DNA of 64,000 nt, taken from Azolla caroliniana (lineage: Eukaryota; Plantae; Polypodiophyta). The translations under genes and the position numbers were made by a program. Shown here one piece after another: positions 13,684 through 26,800 of this stretch; position 1 is the stretch's first letter; every line of letters starts with the position of its first letter. The notes under the pieces are model-generated. The model made no database searches and was not told the origin of the DNA. It saw only the letters and a list, made by a program, of their open reading frames with translations. The DNA lies in the NCBI GenBank assembly GCA_043228905.1, contig JBHGNT010000010.1:13454001-13518000 (forward strand). Direction: 5' to 3'.

Positions 13684-15000
13684 ATGGCCGGATCCTCATG
13701 GACAGAGATGTTCAAAACCTGACCCACACGGGAGGAGGAGTCCACCCAAACCAACCAAACCCACGATGCCGTCCCACCTAACCCGACTCGGTACCACGGA
13801 GGGTGGCTAACTCCAGGCATGCTACCAAACATGAACCTCCTATCGAGCCTAGGAACTAAAGCACCTCTCAACACACCCCCACTACAGGAGAGTCCAATGG
13901 CAGACCCACTCAGTGTAGAGCGACACATACGAGACATAGCGCACGAGTTACAGGTGATAGAACACGAAATCAATCTATGGACAATACAACTTGCGAAAGG
14001 AGGACAACTAGAAAGCACCACTCGAGATATTGAAGCCGCTTCGGCGGAAAGGAAGGATAGATTCGCACAAGTGCAACAAAAACTTCACCTCCTAGAAACA
14101 TTGTCGCACATGCACCGCCGAGGTCAGGAGCACAACCCCGTACCACATTCAAGCACAACGGGCAACAACCCAAACAAAGCCCACACACAACGACACCCGA
14201 CACCACCACACATGGGCAAAACCCCTAGACCTGACCAAGCTATCCCTACATCCCCAAACGCCAAACTCGCACTAGCGCTACAATCCATCCAAACTCTTGT
14301 AGCATTGATGGAAAAAGAGTGAGCACCCATAGACCATCTGACTAACCTCACAAATGACAACGGGAAGAGTGCATCCATTTCTAAACTAGTACCCCGTTTC
14401 CTCGGTTTCGGCGATGCTTATGATCATGTCTAGAGGTTCAAATAGATTTGTCGCGCTTATGAACCCCTCACAGAGATCACCAAGGTAGCCGCGTTTGGAC
14501 TTACACTGATGACCAAGCCGGAATTTGGTTTTGAACCCTGAATGAAGACATCGCTGCCGATTTCGAGTATGTCATCGAAGATTTCTTGATAAACTTCGTG
14601 TTGGGTGACAGGTCCCTCCGGATGGGAAGGGAGAAGATCAGTGCTGATGAACAAACTAGGCCGAGGCCGAATCCGGATGAGGAGTACCCGGCTACGGAGA
14701 GCCGGATGGTGAAGACCCGGTATGAACCAGATGAGGAGTACCCGGCTACGGAGAGCCGGATGGTGAAGACCCGGTATGAACCGGATGAGTACCCGGCTAC
14801 GGAGAGCCGGACGGTGAAGACCCGGTATGAACCGGAAGAGGAGACATATTCGTAAATATGTTTTTCTGAGAGCCCATCGAGGCTATATTTGTAAATAGCC
14901 GAAAAGTCATATTAGTATAAATATGACTTAGGGAAAATATGTGTTGTAGTTGTTGTCATCTCCTTGTTGGTGCAAGAAGAAGAGAGAGCACGTAACAGTG

Positions 15001-15032
<32 letters not shown>

Positions 15033-16955
15033 AAGAGGTCAGTGCCTCTTTTGTAACCGCCGCCTGTGGTGAAGATCTGTGAGCACGAGGTCGTTGCCTC
15101 AGTGAACTCACTATTGTACATTCTTACATAGTGACAGTTTGCAGCCTGTGGGCTGCCGTGGTTTTTCCCCTAGTTTGGGGTTTTCCATGTAAACCTCTGT
15201 GTATCTTCCTCTTCTTTGTGTCGTGTTTTATTTCCCGTTTTTCTGTGTATCATTCTAAGCTCGGTTGTGGCCGAGCGTTGCGCATAAAGAGCCTTGAGTT
15301 CTCGTCACTTCGCTCTCCGAGGGAATAAATGGAACCCGATTGACCAACTTTTCGCCCTCAAGAAAGAAGCGAACGAAACGGTCAGGGACTACATACATCG
15401 CACGAAAAGCCTGCATCATCGTTGTAGCCCGAGCGACAAGATGTCGGATGACAAGTTGATGAGTCGTTTCATTAATGGATTGTTCGATCCGACACTCCAA
15501 AATTTCCTGATTGCTAGGATGTGTCGATCGTTCGCTGAAGCCTGCACAATAGTGATGACCTTTGAAGATTCAATGAGCGGGTTACAGATACCTACTCAAA
15601 AACCTACGAACAACCACGAGAAATCCTCAGACCCCACCTCTACTCTACTCACACCACCGCGAACACCCCGTATAGAAAGACCCCAAGCATACACCCAACG
15701 AGAAAATGTAAGGTGCACGGTATGCCACGGCCACCACACAGGACATGAGTGTCCCCTCCTCCATCAACGACGGCCGCAATACTGTAAGTGGTGCAAAGAT
15801 TTCATGATGCATACGCAAGAGAACTGTTGGCAAGCCCCCACCGGAAGGTATGGCCAAACGCCAATGGTGGAACACCCATGCTCACCTCCACCACTTAGCC
15901 GCCCACCACTACTAACGATACTCCCTAAACAACCCCCACTACCACGCATGGGCCCTCGCCTCGCCGAACCCTAAACCGTAAACCCAAGTCAGGGCGAGCA
16001 CCCCCGAATATGAAGACTCGTCCCGGGAGTATGGCATTGAAGAAGAGGTGTTGTCCCACTTCATGGACTTCGAAGGTGACCAAATAAATACCAGTGTACG
16101 TCATGAGAGGGGAACAACGTGGGCCCCCAATGGGATGCCGCAACAACAATGGTCTAAGGAGGTCAGAATTGAAATGTTTCAACTGCCAAGGCCCACATAT
16201 GGTTAGTGAGTGCCCAACCAAACATTAATACTACAACCGGATGGCCCAACGACCACGACACCTCCCACTCGACACGCCCCCACAACCACCGGCGCAAGGT
16301 CTCACCCAACAGTCGCAGGACCTTATCGAATGGTTCCAAAGAGAAGCATCATGCCCAAGGTGCAGTAAGGAACACTTAGTACCTGATTGCCCGGACAAGA
16401 AGAAAAGGGTCGGCACAAATCCGTTATCCATTGTACCATCCACGATCGGTGCCAATGTCATCACACGGGCCCAACAAGTAGCGCACAATTTAAAATACCA
16501 AGATCAAGGTCTCCCCGCGACCACACGTAAGAGACGATAATCTAGAAAGAATAATTCCATGCAGACCTCAAAACAAGATCAAGAACCAGAGGGAGACATA
16601 GAAACATTACCTGTCAATCCGAATCAAGAACTACCGGCACACCTACCAAAGAGAAGCATCATGCCCAAGGTGCGGTAAGGAACACTTAGTACCTGATTGC
16701 CCGGAAAGGATGAAAAGGGTTGGCACAAATCTGTTGTCCATTGTACCATCCACGATCGGTGTCAATGTCATCATACGGGCCCAACGAGTAGCGCACAATT
16801 TAAAGTACCAAGATCAAGTTCTCCTCGTGACCACACGTAAGAGACGAAAATCTAGAAAGAATAATTCCATGCAGACCTCAAAACAAGATCAAGAACCAGA
16901 GGTAGACATAGAAACATTACCTGTCAATCCGAATCAAGAACTACCGGCACATCTA
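13684..16955 (+). pseudogene. gag: Gag with predicted coiled-coil N-terminus and 4-5 zinc knuckles, split by a solo LTR
   Basis: Removing 14599-15307 and one TSD restores FLINFALRGNKWNPIDQLFALKK...ETVRDY. Knuckles CTVCHGHHTGHEC, CKWCKDFMMHTQENC, CFNCQGPHMVSEC, CPRCSKEHLVPDC. Confidence 0.8.
14599..15307 (+). mobile_element. Solo LTR (copia family B-related), 709 bp
   Basis: Termini TGTTGGG...CTCGTCA. TSD CTTCG at 14594-14598 and 15308-15312. Shares CTCGGTTGTGGCCGAGCGTTG with the LTR at 42570-43139. Confidence 0.92.
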
Positions 16956-18536
16956 GCAGCATACCCAAACCCAGTAGCTGAGAAACAAAAGGTAGAAGAA
17001 TACATCAAGCTTATACGCCATGAAAAGTTCGAAAAATCACTTAGTCTCCCAAGCTTAAACTTCGACCAATTGGAAGAATGGGTAAACCCCTCACCTCCCC
17101 CGGTCGTCACACCAACCGACACCCTCACTTGCCATCCTACCCCGATCAAAGAGGTCAACACAACCCTACTGCAGCAAATCTTAAATTTAAGATTGCGACT
17201 CACATTACACGAAGTCCAGAGCTACACTGGCACCTTCGTAGCCGACAATCCCCTACTACGACCTCTACTCGCCAAGGAAATAGAGTTCACGCTCAAAGAA
17301 CTACTCAAACTTGACATTCAACCTTGGCACGACGTCCTCTGACGCCTTAATGGTGGCCTATCGGCAAGGTATGGAGAAAGGATACACACCCACACTCCTC
17401 AAAAAACACGAAGGACCGCCAATCGATGTCCATGAAGCTCACTTCGAGAGCGACGATACTAGTTTCACTCTATCAGTCTGCGTCAATGGTAAGATGTGTG
17501 ATGCAATCATTGACACCGGAGAAGGGGTAAGTATCGTCAGTTACGAATGCTGGTGTAAGTGGGGGAGTCCAAAAATGCTTCCTTCAGATGTCAAACTACA
17601 AATGGCAGATGGGTCCATCCAAAGGCCAGAAGGCATGATCCCTGCGCATCACTTCACTATCCACGGAGTGGAGTTCAATCTCACCTTCGTCGTCACAAGA
17701 TCATCCAACCATGTGGCCAACGAGTGCTTACTAGGAAGATCATTCCTACATATAAGCCGCCTGGTAATGGATTTCGGGAACGATATAATCTATATGCGTA
17801 AAGACAACAAAACCTTCCGCATCAAGGCATACACACAAAAAGTGCATGAACAAGAAGGCAGCCCTCTCGTAGACGATTGGTCAGAAACCACCGAGTTCAA
17901 GACCAACCTCCTAGCGTACAACCCCACAAAGACAGTCCAACTCTTGACCAGAGGCCAACCGTTCCCCCAAAAACTCGCCACATCCAAAGAGGGGAACGTA
18001 CATGAGAGAGACGACCAATCCGTCGCTTCTGAGACGTCAAAGATGAATTGGGTACACACTCTCGCCACAACCGATGCAATGTACCCTATAGGTACAAAGT
18101 GTTGTGATGAGGACGGGGACACAATCTCGTGCTTCAACGTCACCACCCTCAGACCCCGGCGAAAAGAAGTAGATGTAAAGGACGAAGACTTGGTACAACG
18201 AGTCACACGTCCAAGTGACGCCAAGACCACTCAGAAGACTTCGACGGAAGTGGACTTCCCAGAGCATTTCAAACTCTATGAACAAGAGAATAGGATAGTG
18301 GCTTGTAAGAGACCACAACGCACCCCCCAAGGCCTAGGAGAAGTCTACGATGGACTATCAAGGGTGAAAGAAATCAACCTCGGGAAAGGTACAGACTCCA
18401 AACTGGTATTCATAGCCGCAGATCTCTAGTCCAACGAGGAGACGTCCTTGATCACCCTCCTCACGGAATTTAGCAACGTGTTTGCATGGTCGTACGTCGA
18501 CATGAAGGGAGTCCCAGCCGAGGTTGTCACCCATAA

Positions 18537-19240
18537 TGTGAAGTCAATTTTTGCTCATAGGAAAAGACCGTGACAAATACATTGGATGCAAAGGTATAGA
18601 AGAATAAAGCACCATATGAAAGGTCCAAGAGTTAAAAGATAAATGAAATTCAAGAGAAATAAAGTTAGAGGCATTTTTCAAAAGTAGAAAAAGAAGAAAC
18701 AAAAGAAAAAGCAAGAAATTAAGCAGAAAAAGCAAGGTAGAGAAACAAGCTCATAACTTCTTCATCTCCTATCCAAATTTCAAAAGAAAATATTTGTAAG
18801 AAAGCTGACAAAGAGAGCTTTCTTGTATGATAAATTTGGATGACAAACCAGAAATAATGATATAATAAACGCACCACACAAAATCGCGGATATGTGAAAG
18901 AAAAAGCAAGAATAACACAACTAAAAACCTATAAGTATGAGGGTATTCCTAGCAGTGGAGACGACGGGGGAATAGAATAGTTACGAAGGAAGGAGGAATA
19001 GAAGATCTATAAGAAGAAGTGAGGAAGAAGAAGGGAGGAAGAAGAAGAAGATTAGAATAAGTGAGAAGACGATGAGTAGAAGAAGACGGAAAGATTATTT
19101 TAGTAATAGCGTATTGCAATACTTATTTGGGGTTGTTACTCGTGAGTATAAGAGTATTGTATTCTTTTCTTAATAGTATATTGAAGTATTTTTTTTTCCT
19201 CCTCTTCTCTTCTCTATCTCTTTTCTCTCTCTCTTCATCA
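18537..19240. mobile_element. Solo LTR, 704 bp, inserted in gypsy pol
   Basis: Termini TGTGAAG...CTTCATCA. TSD CATAA/CATAG (one mismatch). Host reads PAEVVTH|SIPMRADAHPIRQ across it. Confidence 0.85.
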
Positions 19241-21860
19241 CATAGTATCCCCATGCGAGCCGACGCCCACCCAATCCGGCAAAGGCCACGCCCAATGAAC
19301 CCTAACTACACCCAACAAGTAAAAGCCGAAATCAACAAAATGTTGGTTGTAGGCATTATCTACCCGATCGAACGAACTACTTGGATCTCCCCGATTGTAG
19401 TCATTCCGAAACAAAACGACCAAATCCGCATGTGTCGACTACCGCCAAGTTAACGAAGCCACTATCAAGGACAACTACCCGGTACCCTATATCAAACATC
19501 TACTCGAAAGAATCGCGGGAGCAGAAGCTTATAGCTTCATCGACGGGTTCTCTGGGTACAACCAAATCTCGGTGGTCCCTGAGGATCAACACAAGACAGC
19601 CTTCGCCACCGAATTTGGTACGTTCACGTATAAACATATGCCTTTCGGACTCACGAGTGCCTTGAGCACCTACCAAAGAGTGGCAGACCATATCTTCGCA
19701 GTAAGGTTATGACAAGGGGTGGAGTCTTATGTTGACCACTTATGTTGCCATTTGAAATGGCATGACCACCTGGCACTACTCCGCTTGACGTTCGAAAAAT
19801 GCAGGACCTACCAACTCTCTCTCAACCCACTCAAGTGTCAGTTCTCGGTCAAGCACAGATTAATATTAGGGCACGTCGTGTCCCACCACGAGATCTTGAC
19901 CGATGAGGAAAAGGTAAAACTCATCCTCGACATGCCAACCCCCACGAACGAGAAACAACTACAAGGGCTCATGGGATACGCAGGTTACTATACACGCTTC
20001 AGTAAGATGTTCGCAGACAAGGCCAGACCGCTCTACACCCTACTAAAGCAATTCGCGTGGACAGAAGAATGCACACACTCCTTCAAGCTCTTGAAAGAGT
20101 GCCTAACTAAGGCCCCCATCCTCCGGCCCCCAGATTGGACCAAAGAATTCCACGTTCACACCGATGCTTCCCCCTTCGCGATTGGTGCAGTGCTAGCTCA
20201 ACTCGGTGAAGGGGCGATCAACCTACCGGTCACCTTCGCTAGTCGCCAACTGAATGCCGCGGAACAAAATTACTCCACAACAGAACAGGAGGCTTTGGCC
20301 ATGGTTTACAGCATAAAGAAATTCCGTCACTCCCTTTTGGCGTCCCGGTTCTCGTTATTTGTAGATCATCAAGCCCTACTCTACTTAGTAAACAAAACTC
20401 ACGCCACCGGACGCATCTCACGATGGATCGTAACATTATTCGAGTTCGACTTCAAGGTAGTGGTGAGAAAAGGAAAAGACCATGTACTCGCCGATCATTT
20501 CTCCCGGATACCCAACGAAGAAAAAGCCATTGTGGTCGATGATGAAACACCAGATGTAGCATTATTCAGGATCGACACCGTACCAGCATGGGCATCAGAC
20601 ATCGTTCGCGTCCTAACTGAAGGAGTGTCCTTCCTTAAACAACTACCCCGGGCACACGCGCGTGTCTTGTTAAAGAAATGTGACCCTTTCATGATGCTCC
20701 GTGGAAACTTGTACTGTTGGGGTAACGACAATCTACTTCGGAGGTGTGTAACAGACCACGACGTCGTCGCACCCTCGAACAAGCTCATTGCGGGGGCAGA
20801 AGTGGTCATTTCAATCACGAGACCACTGCATGCAAGATCCTCCAGTCTGGCCTATGGTGGTGAACACTCTTCAAAGACACATACGAGTATGTACACCGTT
20901 GTGACGAGTGCCAATTTTTCAAATACCCACTAAAAGAGGATTTCAATACGTTAAACTCGGTGGTGGCATGGCAACCATTCGAGAAATGGCATATCAACTT
21001 TATCGGTCCAATCAGCCCAACTTCCAACCTCAACCGATACATAATAACCGCCACCGACTACGCTACCAAGTGGGTCGAAGCTAAAGCTTGCGTTAACCCC
21101 GACGCGCGTAGTATCGCAAAATTCCAATATGAAAATGTCATAGTACGGTTTGGATGTTCGCTCGAAATCATTAGTGACCAAGGCTCACATTTCCTCAACG
21201 AAGTGATAGCACATTTACTAGGCAAATTTATGGTGACACACCGCAAGAGTTCTCCTTATTACCCTCGATGCAACGGACAAGCGGAAAGCACGAATAAGGT
21301 GTTATGTGCAGTGCTCACAAAGATAATCGCCGCCTCACGATCTGATTGGAGCACCAAACTCCAAGCAGCATTATGGGCTTTCCGTACTTCCTACAAAGTC
21401 ACAACTCGTCACACACCATTCAAACTAGTGTACGGGCTAGAAGTAGTATTACCCATCGAGTTCCTGGTCCCCAGCCTCAAGATAGTCATACAAGAACGAT
21501 GGGATGGGGACCCCCTCCCGTCACGTCTAGAGAACCTAGAACGGCTGACCGAAACTTGCCTTCTCGCATTCGAGGTACTCTTGGCAGAGAAAGCCAATAG
21601 AAAGGTGTGGCACGACAATAAAGTCAAGAACAAAAACCTCGTTGAAGGCGACATGGCCCTCAAATTCTCCTCTCAACGACACAAGAGAGAAGCTTAAGTT
21701 ACGGGGTGAAGACCCGTATGTGGTTTCAGAGATTACCAAGACAAGAGCATGTCGCCTACGCACGCTCGAAGGTTTTGACATCCCCGGATTCATCAATGGG
21801 AGCAAGCTCAAACGTTACTATGGACCCCTCACCCTCGAGGATCTAATCACGGCTCAATAA

Positions 21861-23003
21861 CGAGAGGTAGAAGCCAAACTTAAGGCCTCCGAAGGTTGAA
21901 TGGCCCGGCTCAAAACCGACATGCACAATACGCAAGCGAAATTCAAGTGACAAGGACACACCCATCTGGCAGCCATAGCTAAGGCAGTCAACTCTAATGA
22001 CGGAACAATACAACTATGATGTTGCATCGACGACATGTCTTTGATGGCGGTAATCGACACAGGAGCATCACTAACCCTTTTCTCCTTCGAAACATGGGGA
22101 TGTCTAAGTTTCCCAGACCTCGAAGTGTGCAACGACAACTTCTGTGGCTTCGATGGTTCCACATCATGCTGCTTGGGAAATTTCATGTGTAACATCAAGA
22201 CAGAATACATCGCGCACTCAATCCAAGTTTGGGTACTCCCGCCCCAAGTGATGTACGCACAATGCCTCCTCAGTTTAGATTGGTGTCGCATAAGTGAATG
22301 TCTCCTATCACCCAGCAAACACATTGTCTCCTTCCAAACGGGAGATGGATTGAAGTCTGAGGACCTTGTCGCAACAACACTCGAATCACACCCCGCTGAC
22401 CTCGATGACCCCCGAAGCGTGGAGTTGCCCAAACAAACAGCACGCCAACACCCACCGACCGTGCATGACCAGCGTGACACTAAAATTAGAACACGGACAC
22501 CCAAACCACGGGAATGGGTGAACGTCCACGCAGTTTTCACTAACGGACCACGCTGCGGAGAACGTGCCGTGTGGCGAGTCAGAAAGATACTTACAACCGC
22601 ACAAGGTTGGCACAATGGCGCCACTAGCTTCTGGGTCTCAAAACGAAACCGGCTCCCCGCTCACAATCGAACCACCCCTGCATGGGACCTCGATGAACCC
22701 CAAGGCGCGGAGTTGCTCAACCAAACAGAATGCCAACATCCACCGGCCATCCAGGACCAGTGCGACACTAACATAAGAATGCACACACCGAAACCATGTG
22801 AATGGGTGAACGTCCGCGCGGTTTTTACTGACGGACGGCATTGTGGAGAACTTGCCATTTGGCGAGTCAAAAAGTCACTCACAACTGCACAAGGTTGGCA
22901 CAAAGCCGCCACTAGCTTTTGGGTCCCAAAACGAAGCCGGCTCCCCAATCATGATCATACCACGCCCGCATGGGACACCCGAAAATCACACACATTAGTC
23001 TGA
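21861..23003 (+). pseudogene. Second retropepsin-like aspartic protease plus two 96-aa repeats, in frame after integrase
   Basis: LMAVIDTGASLTL active-site motif, FCGFDGS flap-like region and CLLSLDW (ILG.D-like) motif. Same reading frame as the IN C-terminal ORF 21642-21860. Confidence 0.75.
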
Positions 23004-23243
23004 TATCCTGCCTAGGTTAAAGCCACAGGAATTGACAAGCCTAAGCAACTGAGAGGCCGAACACCCCATAGAAAGGCTTCACAAATCTTGCCCATCCCCT
23101 TAACAAACATCTCGCAGGTCTGGGTCCTTAAACGTCACGGTGTCGTAGTGTGAATCACACACTACGTGAAATATGTAAAATACTATATCCGATTTAAAGT
23201 ACGTATAATAAATAAAATAAAATATTTAAAATATTTATTCCGT

Positions 23244-23315
23244 GTATTAGGTAGGATTCAAACCTTGTACCTCCACGTAAACAAACCCCAACCTTACCAT
23301 TGTACTAACTTATCC
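23244..23315 (-). other. tRNA-like A/B-box module inside the 5' LTR (antisense)
   Basis: Minus strand GGATAAGT TAGTACAATGGT ... GAGGT ACAAGGTTTGAATCC, 72 nt with tRNA spacing. Confidence 0.65.
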
Positions 23316-23865
23316 TAAGTGTTCTAATATAGATTTAATACGTATAAGACCTTTATTTACACCTACCTTTATTAAAAGGTAAGTCATGCATTTTTTAGAA
23401 TGCGTGCATACTTTATTTATAAGAAAAATGTACACCAATAAAAAATGACTCGTGCACATCTAGCGAGCATGAGCACTATGTTTAGGAAATAAAAGCATAG
23501 TGTAAAAAGGCAACTCATGCACATTTAGTGTGCATGAACACTTTAGAAAAAGCATGAAGCTATGCTTAGCCTCTTCCATCCTTATATAAGGAGGAGAGAA
23601 AGATGTATGGGGGTTGGTTGCTTATTTTACAAGGGTGGATTGATATAATATAATCGTGGGATTCACGAATTTGCTAACTATTTTTTCTCTCTTGATCTGA
23701 GTAGTCACTAATACTCATGGGATTTACGAGGTTTTCATATCTTTCTTTCTTACAATATATTTCATATTCTTAATTTCCTTAGAATTTTCTTTTCTCCTAG
23801 TCCAAAATCTCAGCGGTTCCCACCCGCCTCACGCAATGATCCGGCGCCGAAAGGCACGACACAAG

Positions 23866-23882
23866 TGGTGAACCCGACGTGA
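23866..23882 (+). promoter_or_regulatory. Primer binding site complementary to tRNA-Trp 3' end
   Basis: TGGTGAACCCGACGTGA immediately after the 5' LTR. Confidence 0.8.
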
Positions 23883-26800
23883 AAACGGGTGGCAAGGAGA
23901 TGGAAAATCAACCGGAGGCTAACAACATGATGATGATGTTCGAGCGGATGCTTCAAGAACAACGTGTGATGTCGGAGATAGCGGCGGCAGTAGAGCGGCT
24001 CGTGCAACGGATCGGGCAATTCAACGGAAAGGACGTATCACGCTATCTTCGGGACTACAAGGCGGAAATGTTACGGTGCGGGATTTCGGAAGGATTGCAA
24101 GTGACATCCTTCAACCGGGTGGCTATCGACGGGCTTCAAGCAAGTATCCATGGGCTACGACAACAAAATCCGATGTGGGAAGCGTTTGAAGAGGCGCTAA
24201 AGACCACGTTCGCTATCGAGGACTCCTCCAAGGCAACGCGGAGAGGATTCGAGGATTGGGTGGAAATGCCGCACAAGGGGATGAAGGTTCTCGATGTGTT
24301 TTCTGCATTCGGAAGTCAGTTCGGGAGGTTTTCTGCGAGAGATCAAGCTATCCTCGCACTGGACAAAGTTATCATGTTCTTACGAGCCGTAGACGTCCGG
24401 GACCGGAAGGATCTTGGAGTGATTCTAGAGGACACGACTACCGAGAGTGGCCTCACCGAAACATGGGAAAGCATGCGGGATATCGTCACGCGATACACAA
24501 AGAGGGGGCAATGGCTTGCCAACGAAGAAAAGAGGGTTTCGGAACTGATTCCGAAACCGAGAACCGGATCGGAAGACCATCAACCGCGGGCTCGGGAAGC
24601 TACCACCGAGAAGGGAATCAACGCATCTACGATGGAGCAGTTGCTGAAGGAGATGGAGAATCTAAAAATCACAATGGTGAAGAAGTTAGATGACCGTCCC
24701 ACAAGTTCCATGTATATGGACCGTCGGTGCATATGGTGCGATAGCACCGAACATAATCGGAGGGATTGCGACGAGCATAAGGAAGCTCTACGACGGGATC
24801 TTATCTACTACGAGGGAAATCAGATTCATTCGATGGACTCTCGGAAGGCGCTCCGACCAAACTTCCAAAAAGGCGGCATGAAGAAGGTCCTAGAGGAGGA
24901 AATAGCGGCGAAGAGCAATTACGCGACAACCGCGGGAATACGTGTTGGGGAGTCATCAGGAGCAAAGGTGTCTTTTCTGCCGGAAGTGCTAGAAAACACC
25001 GAGAAAACTGACTCCAACGAGATCCGAAGCACCGCGGAAGGCATTCGGGAAGCTATGGGATGGGAGTGCCCCGTCAATAAGAATAGCGTATACGCCCTAT
25101 GTCAATTGCATGAAGTGTATGTGGATGAAAAATGACGGCGCACGGATGATGCGACCAGACCATCAAAGACACTGGAAAGCTGGAACTCCGGAGGGAAGGG
25201 AAAAGAAAAGGCGATTCCGGCGTTGAAGCTCGCCTCGGACATCGAACAACAAACGGACTTGAAAAAGGTGTTCGAAGAGAGAATCCTTGATAGCCGGGTA
25301 GAATTTTCGCTTCGGGAATTACTCGGAATAACGAAGGACTTCCACGATCTTCTTGTGGATCTCGTGAAGAGAAAAAGACAAAGTACGGAGGAAAATGCTC
25401 CAAGGATTAATGCAAATACCGTCTTAATGAATGACACCAAAGTGGAGGACGAAATACCGAACTCCCACTACACAAGGCCACACTGGGCACATGCAACTAC
25501 GAAGACTCCGGTCCGAATCGACAACATCAAAGAGCCCGTGCTAGCATTGATTGATCACAGATCGTAGATCAATTTGATGTCCAAGGAGTTCTACCGGACG
25601 GGGAAGTGGCCTATAAACACTAACCATGGATGGAAGATCCGGGCAGCCACTAAAGCAACGGAAGATCTATTTGCAGCTTATCCGGATGTGACGGTGAAGA
25701 TCGGGGATGTCGAGATCAACCAAAATTTCTTCGTACAAGATGAGGTCTCACACTCCATGATCCTCAGGCAACCCTTTATCACGGCATCACGGATGGAGAC
25801 GAAGGTGCTCGATAGCGGTGCAGCTTTTGCACGAATTCAAAGCCAAAACGGAGGGAAATCCGTCCAATTCCTAACGGTATCGGCAAATCATGAAAGGAAC
25901 AAGAGAGAGCTCTTGTCCCAAATAAGGATGGATTTTTAGAGCGGATTGTTGCGGAGTGGGGAAGTGATAGACCGAGAAGCCCTGATACCCCACACAGGAA
26001 GAAAACTCTCGGAGCAAAAACAAGTACGAATCGGTCCGGATGGGGCATCTACGTACACGGCCGTAACTGAAGGAATGAAGAAAGAATACCGAAAAGTGGT
26101 GGATAAGTTACGGTTGGCATCAATAATAAAAGAAGATGAAGAAATGTTGGGAATAGTCGAAGAAGTGTTCTATGGGAGCACGCTACAATGACTTGAAGAG
26201 CTCGCAAAAGATACAAGCCAGGGAGACCGGGTAGTCCCGGTGGAATCGGTCGAGATGTACGAGATCATTGTGAAAATGGGGCCAGATGCACTCCGCAAAG
26301 AAGAAGCAATGGTAAGTACGAAATACAAGACCGTGGAGAAGAATGTGAAACCGGCCGCGGAACCACTACCCGCCGATAGCGAACAAAAGAGGAAAGAAGT
26401 CTCGGGAGATCTGACACTTCGGAAGTCCGTGGATATCAGACATGCCTTCACGGATGAGACCCAGAAGAAACTTCGGATCGGAGGTGGTGGTTTCCTTATA
26501 CAAAATGAAGAAGAACGATTCCGAGGGATGTTGGAACAACATGGGAAAGCATTTGCATTCACATCTAAGGAGATAGGGTGCGTTGATCCGAAGATAGTGG
26601 AGTCGATGGTGATCTTCACGATTGACCATGTGCCGTGGAACCTAAAGCCGATTCCGGTGCCACGGGCGCATATTCCGAAAGTCATCGACTTGCTCAAGGA
26701 GAAGGTGGTGATGGGGATTCTAGAGCCATTAAACGCTCCGTAGTCAAATCGATGGTTTACGGTACCGAAGAAGAATGGGTCACTCCGATTTATTCAAGAT

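Larger units (their letters stand above)
12623..23140 (+). mobile_element. Non-chromoviral Ty3/gypsy, 3' end lost: putative 5' LTR 12623-13441, gag, PR, RT, RH, IN, extra protease
   Basis: LTR termini TGTTTAG...CTAAACA. Gag from ATG 13684. PR AIIDTGEG at ~17505. RT WISPIVVIPK and YVDH. RH VHTDASPFAIG. IN core 20960-21697. Assigning the LTR to this element is inference. Confidence 0.85.

Noticed and set aside
14644-14675. Hammerhead ribozyme (CTGATGA...GGCCGAGGCCGAA)
   Set aside because: There is no GAAA core, and stem II does not directly follow CTGATGA.
14586-14855. 89-aa repeat protein (EEYPATESR...)
   Set aside because: It is read-through into the 54-bp repeats of a solo LTR.
23244-23315. 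Functional tRNA gene
   Set aside because: The anticodon and D stems do not pair. Reported only as a tRNA-like module.
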